From: an uncultured Acidobacteriota bacterium
GTDB lineage: Bacteria > Acidobacteriota > Thermoanaerobaculia > Multivoradales > UBA5704
Direction of reading: 5' to 3'
NCBI GenBank assembly: GCA_963770895.1
Contig: CAVYRF010000001.1
Span: 1,856,001-1,920,000, forward strand
DNA: 64,000 nt
Shown: positions 62,637 to 64,000 of the stretch, one piece after another
Numbering within the stretch: position 1 is the stretch's first letter
How the letters are laid out: the number at the start of each line of letters is the position of its first letter
Made by a program: the position numbers and the translations under genes
The notes under the pieces: generated by a model
What the model saw: the letters and a program-made list of their open reading frames with translations, nothing else
Databases searched by the model: none
Told to the model about the DNA's origin: nothing

Positions 62637-64000
62637 ATGCCATCCACGTTTGCACCCGGGGGAGGACTCTTCGTCCCCCTGCTGATCGTCGCCGTCGCCG
62701 TCGCGTTCGTCCTCGCCGTCCGCTTCATCTCCAGCCGCTACAAGAAGATCCCTCCCAACGCGGTGGGCGTCTTCTACGGCCGCAAGTACAAGGATTTTGC
62801 CAGCGGCGAAACCCAGGGCTTCCTGGTCGTCTCAGGTGGCGGGCGCATCCTGTATCCGCTGGTCGAGGAATACATGGAGATGAGCACCAGCGCCTTCCAG
62901 ATCGAGATCGACGAAACCGGCATTCCGAACAAGGACAACGTGCGCCTGACGGTGCGCGGCGTCGCCTCGTGCCAGCTGTCGCCGACGCCCGAAGACCTCA
63001 ACCGCGCCGCCCAGTCGTTCCTGGGCAAGCCGCCGGCGGCGGTCGAGCTGTTCATCGCCAACATCCTCAAGGGTCACCTGCGCAGCATCATCGGCAAGAT
63101 GAACATCGACGAGATCCTGCGCGAGCGCGACAAGTTCAACGCGCGGGTGATCGAAGAGAGCTCGACCGAGCTCAAACGGGTCGGCATCGACGTCATCAAC
63201 CTGGTCATCCAGGACGTCAACGACAACCAGGGATACATCGACGCCCTGGGCCGCCAGGCGGTTGCCGACGCCAAGGCGGAAGCCGAGATCCGCGTGGCCG
63301 ACGCCAACCGCCGGCAGATCATCGCCGTGTCGGACGCCAACCGCGAATCGGACCTGGTAAGGGCCGGCAACGAGGCCAAGGTGGCGGAGGCCAACAAGGA
63401 GCGCGACATCAAGAAGGCGGCGTTCCTCAAGGAGACCTCGACGGTGCAGGCCGAGGCCGACATGGCGGGGCAGATCGCCAAGGCCGCGCAGGAGCAGCGG
63501 CTCAAGGTCGCCGAGGCGGAGCGCGACGCGGCCGAGCGCGAGGCGCAGGTCAAGGTGCAGGAAAAGGAAGGCGTGCGCCGCACCAAGGAGCTGGAAGCCA
63601 CGGTCGTGGCGCAGGCGCGGGCGGACCAGCAGCGGGCGGTCATCGCCGCCGAAGGCGGCAAGCAGAAGCGGGTCATCGACGCCGACGCCGAGGCCGAATA
63701 CCTCAAGCGCACCGCCCAGGCCAAGCGCGACGCCGCCACCCTGGAGGGCGAGGGCGAAGCCAACCGCAAGCGCTCGGTGCTGCTGGCCGAAGCCGAGGGC
63801 AAGGCGGCCGAAAAGCGGCAGGCGCTGCTGGCCGAAGCCGAGGGCACCCAGAAGCTGGCCGAAGCGCTGGCGCAGATGTCCACCGACGCCCGTTTCATCC
63901 TGGTCCTGGACAAGCTGCCCAACCTGCTCGATCACGGCGGCGACGCCCTGGCCAAGACATTGCAAGCGATGTTTTCGTCGGTGGCGGCCGGGCTCGGCCA
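62637..64000 (+). CDS. Flotillin/SPFH (band 7) family protein; runs off the right edge
   Basis: Not in the ORF track because it has no stop in the window. AGGAGG then ATG 62637; TM anchor, RYKKIPPN, SGGG, GHLRSIIGKM, IQDVND..GYIDALG, AE-rich coiled coil. Confidence 0.9.
   Translation, partial: MPSTFAPGGGLFVPLLIVAVAVAFVLAVRFISSRYKKIPPNAVGVFYGRKYKDFASGETQGFLVVSGGGRILYPLVEEYMEMSTSAFQIEIDETGIPNKDNVRLTVRGVASCQLSPTPEDLNRAAQSFLGKPPAAVELFIANILKGHLRSIIGKMNIDEILRERDKFNARVIEESSTELKRVGIDVINLVIQDVNDNQGYIDALGRQAVADAKAEAEIRVADANRRQIIAVSDANRESDLVRAGNEAKVAEANKERDIKKAAFLKETSTVQAEADMAGQIAKAAQEQRLKVAEAERDAAEREAQVKVQEKEGVRRTKELEATVVAQARADQQRAVIAAEGGKQKRVIDADAEAEYLKRTAQAKRDAATLEGEGEANRKRSVLLAEAEGKAAEKRQALLAEAEGTQKLAEALAQMSTDARFILVLDKLPNLLDHGGDALAKTLQAMFSSVAAGLG

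Overview
A very GC-rich, densely coding bacterial chromosome segment with about 47 real genes. Most long ORFs in the supplied track are GC-rich shadow frames. Gene style (ELWxxDGT and BNR-repeat secreted proteins, a zf-HC2/TPR protein, MARGWESK small protein) suggests Acidobacteriota, possibly Thermoanaerobaculia; this is inference. Contents: a probable hydroxyproline catabolic operon coupled to a DUF885 protein, a penicillin-acylase-family enzyme, a small-protein/nucleotidyltransferase pair, tandem Zn-ribbon AIM24 genes, a GT-C glycosyltransferase, a hybrid histidine kinase, several oxidoreductases, an atypical vanadium haloperoxidase, a methionine biosynthesis operon, a REC-TrxB/zf-UBP/CDF cluster, an ECF sigma/anti-sigma operon, a PaoABC-like molybdoenzyme with A and B fused, ClcB, three adaptor proteins plus a MacB-type permease, and NfeD/flotillin. 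No rRNA, tRNA, CRISPR array or transposase was recognised. The best candidate for an undescribed system is absent from the ORF track: a 34-codon Met-rich leader peptide (MSLLLTARTSMSMPMPM...) between a near-consensus promoter and an intrinsic terminator upstream of the met operon, with 1:2/2:3/3:4 pairing, i.e. an apparent methionine-sensing ribosome-mediated attenuator. Second is a secreted Cys-loop DPNG peptide beside a TPR-like protein.
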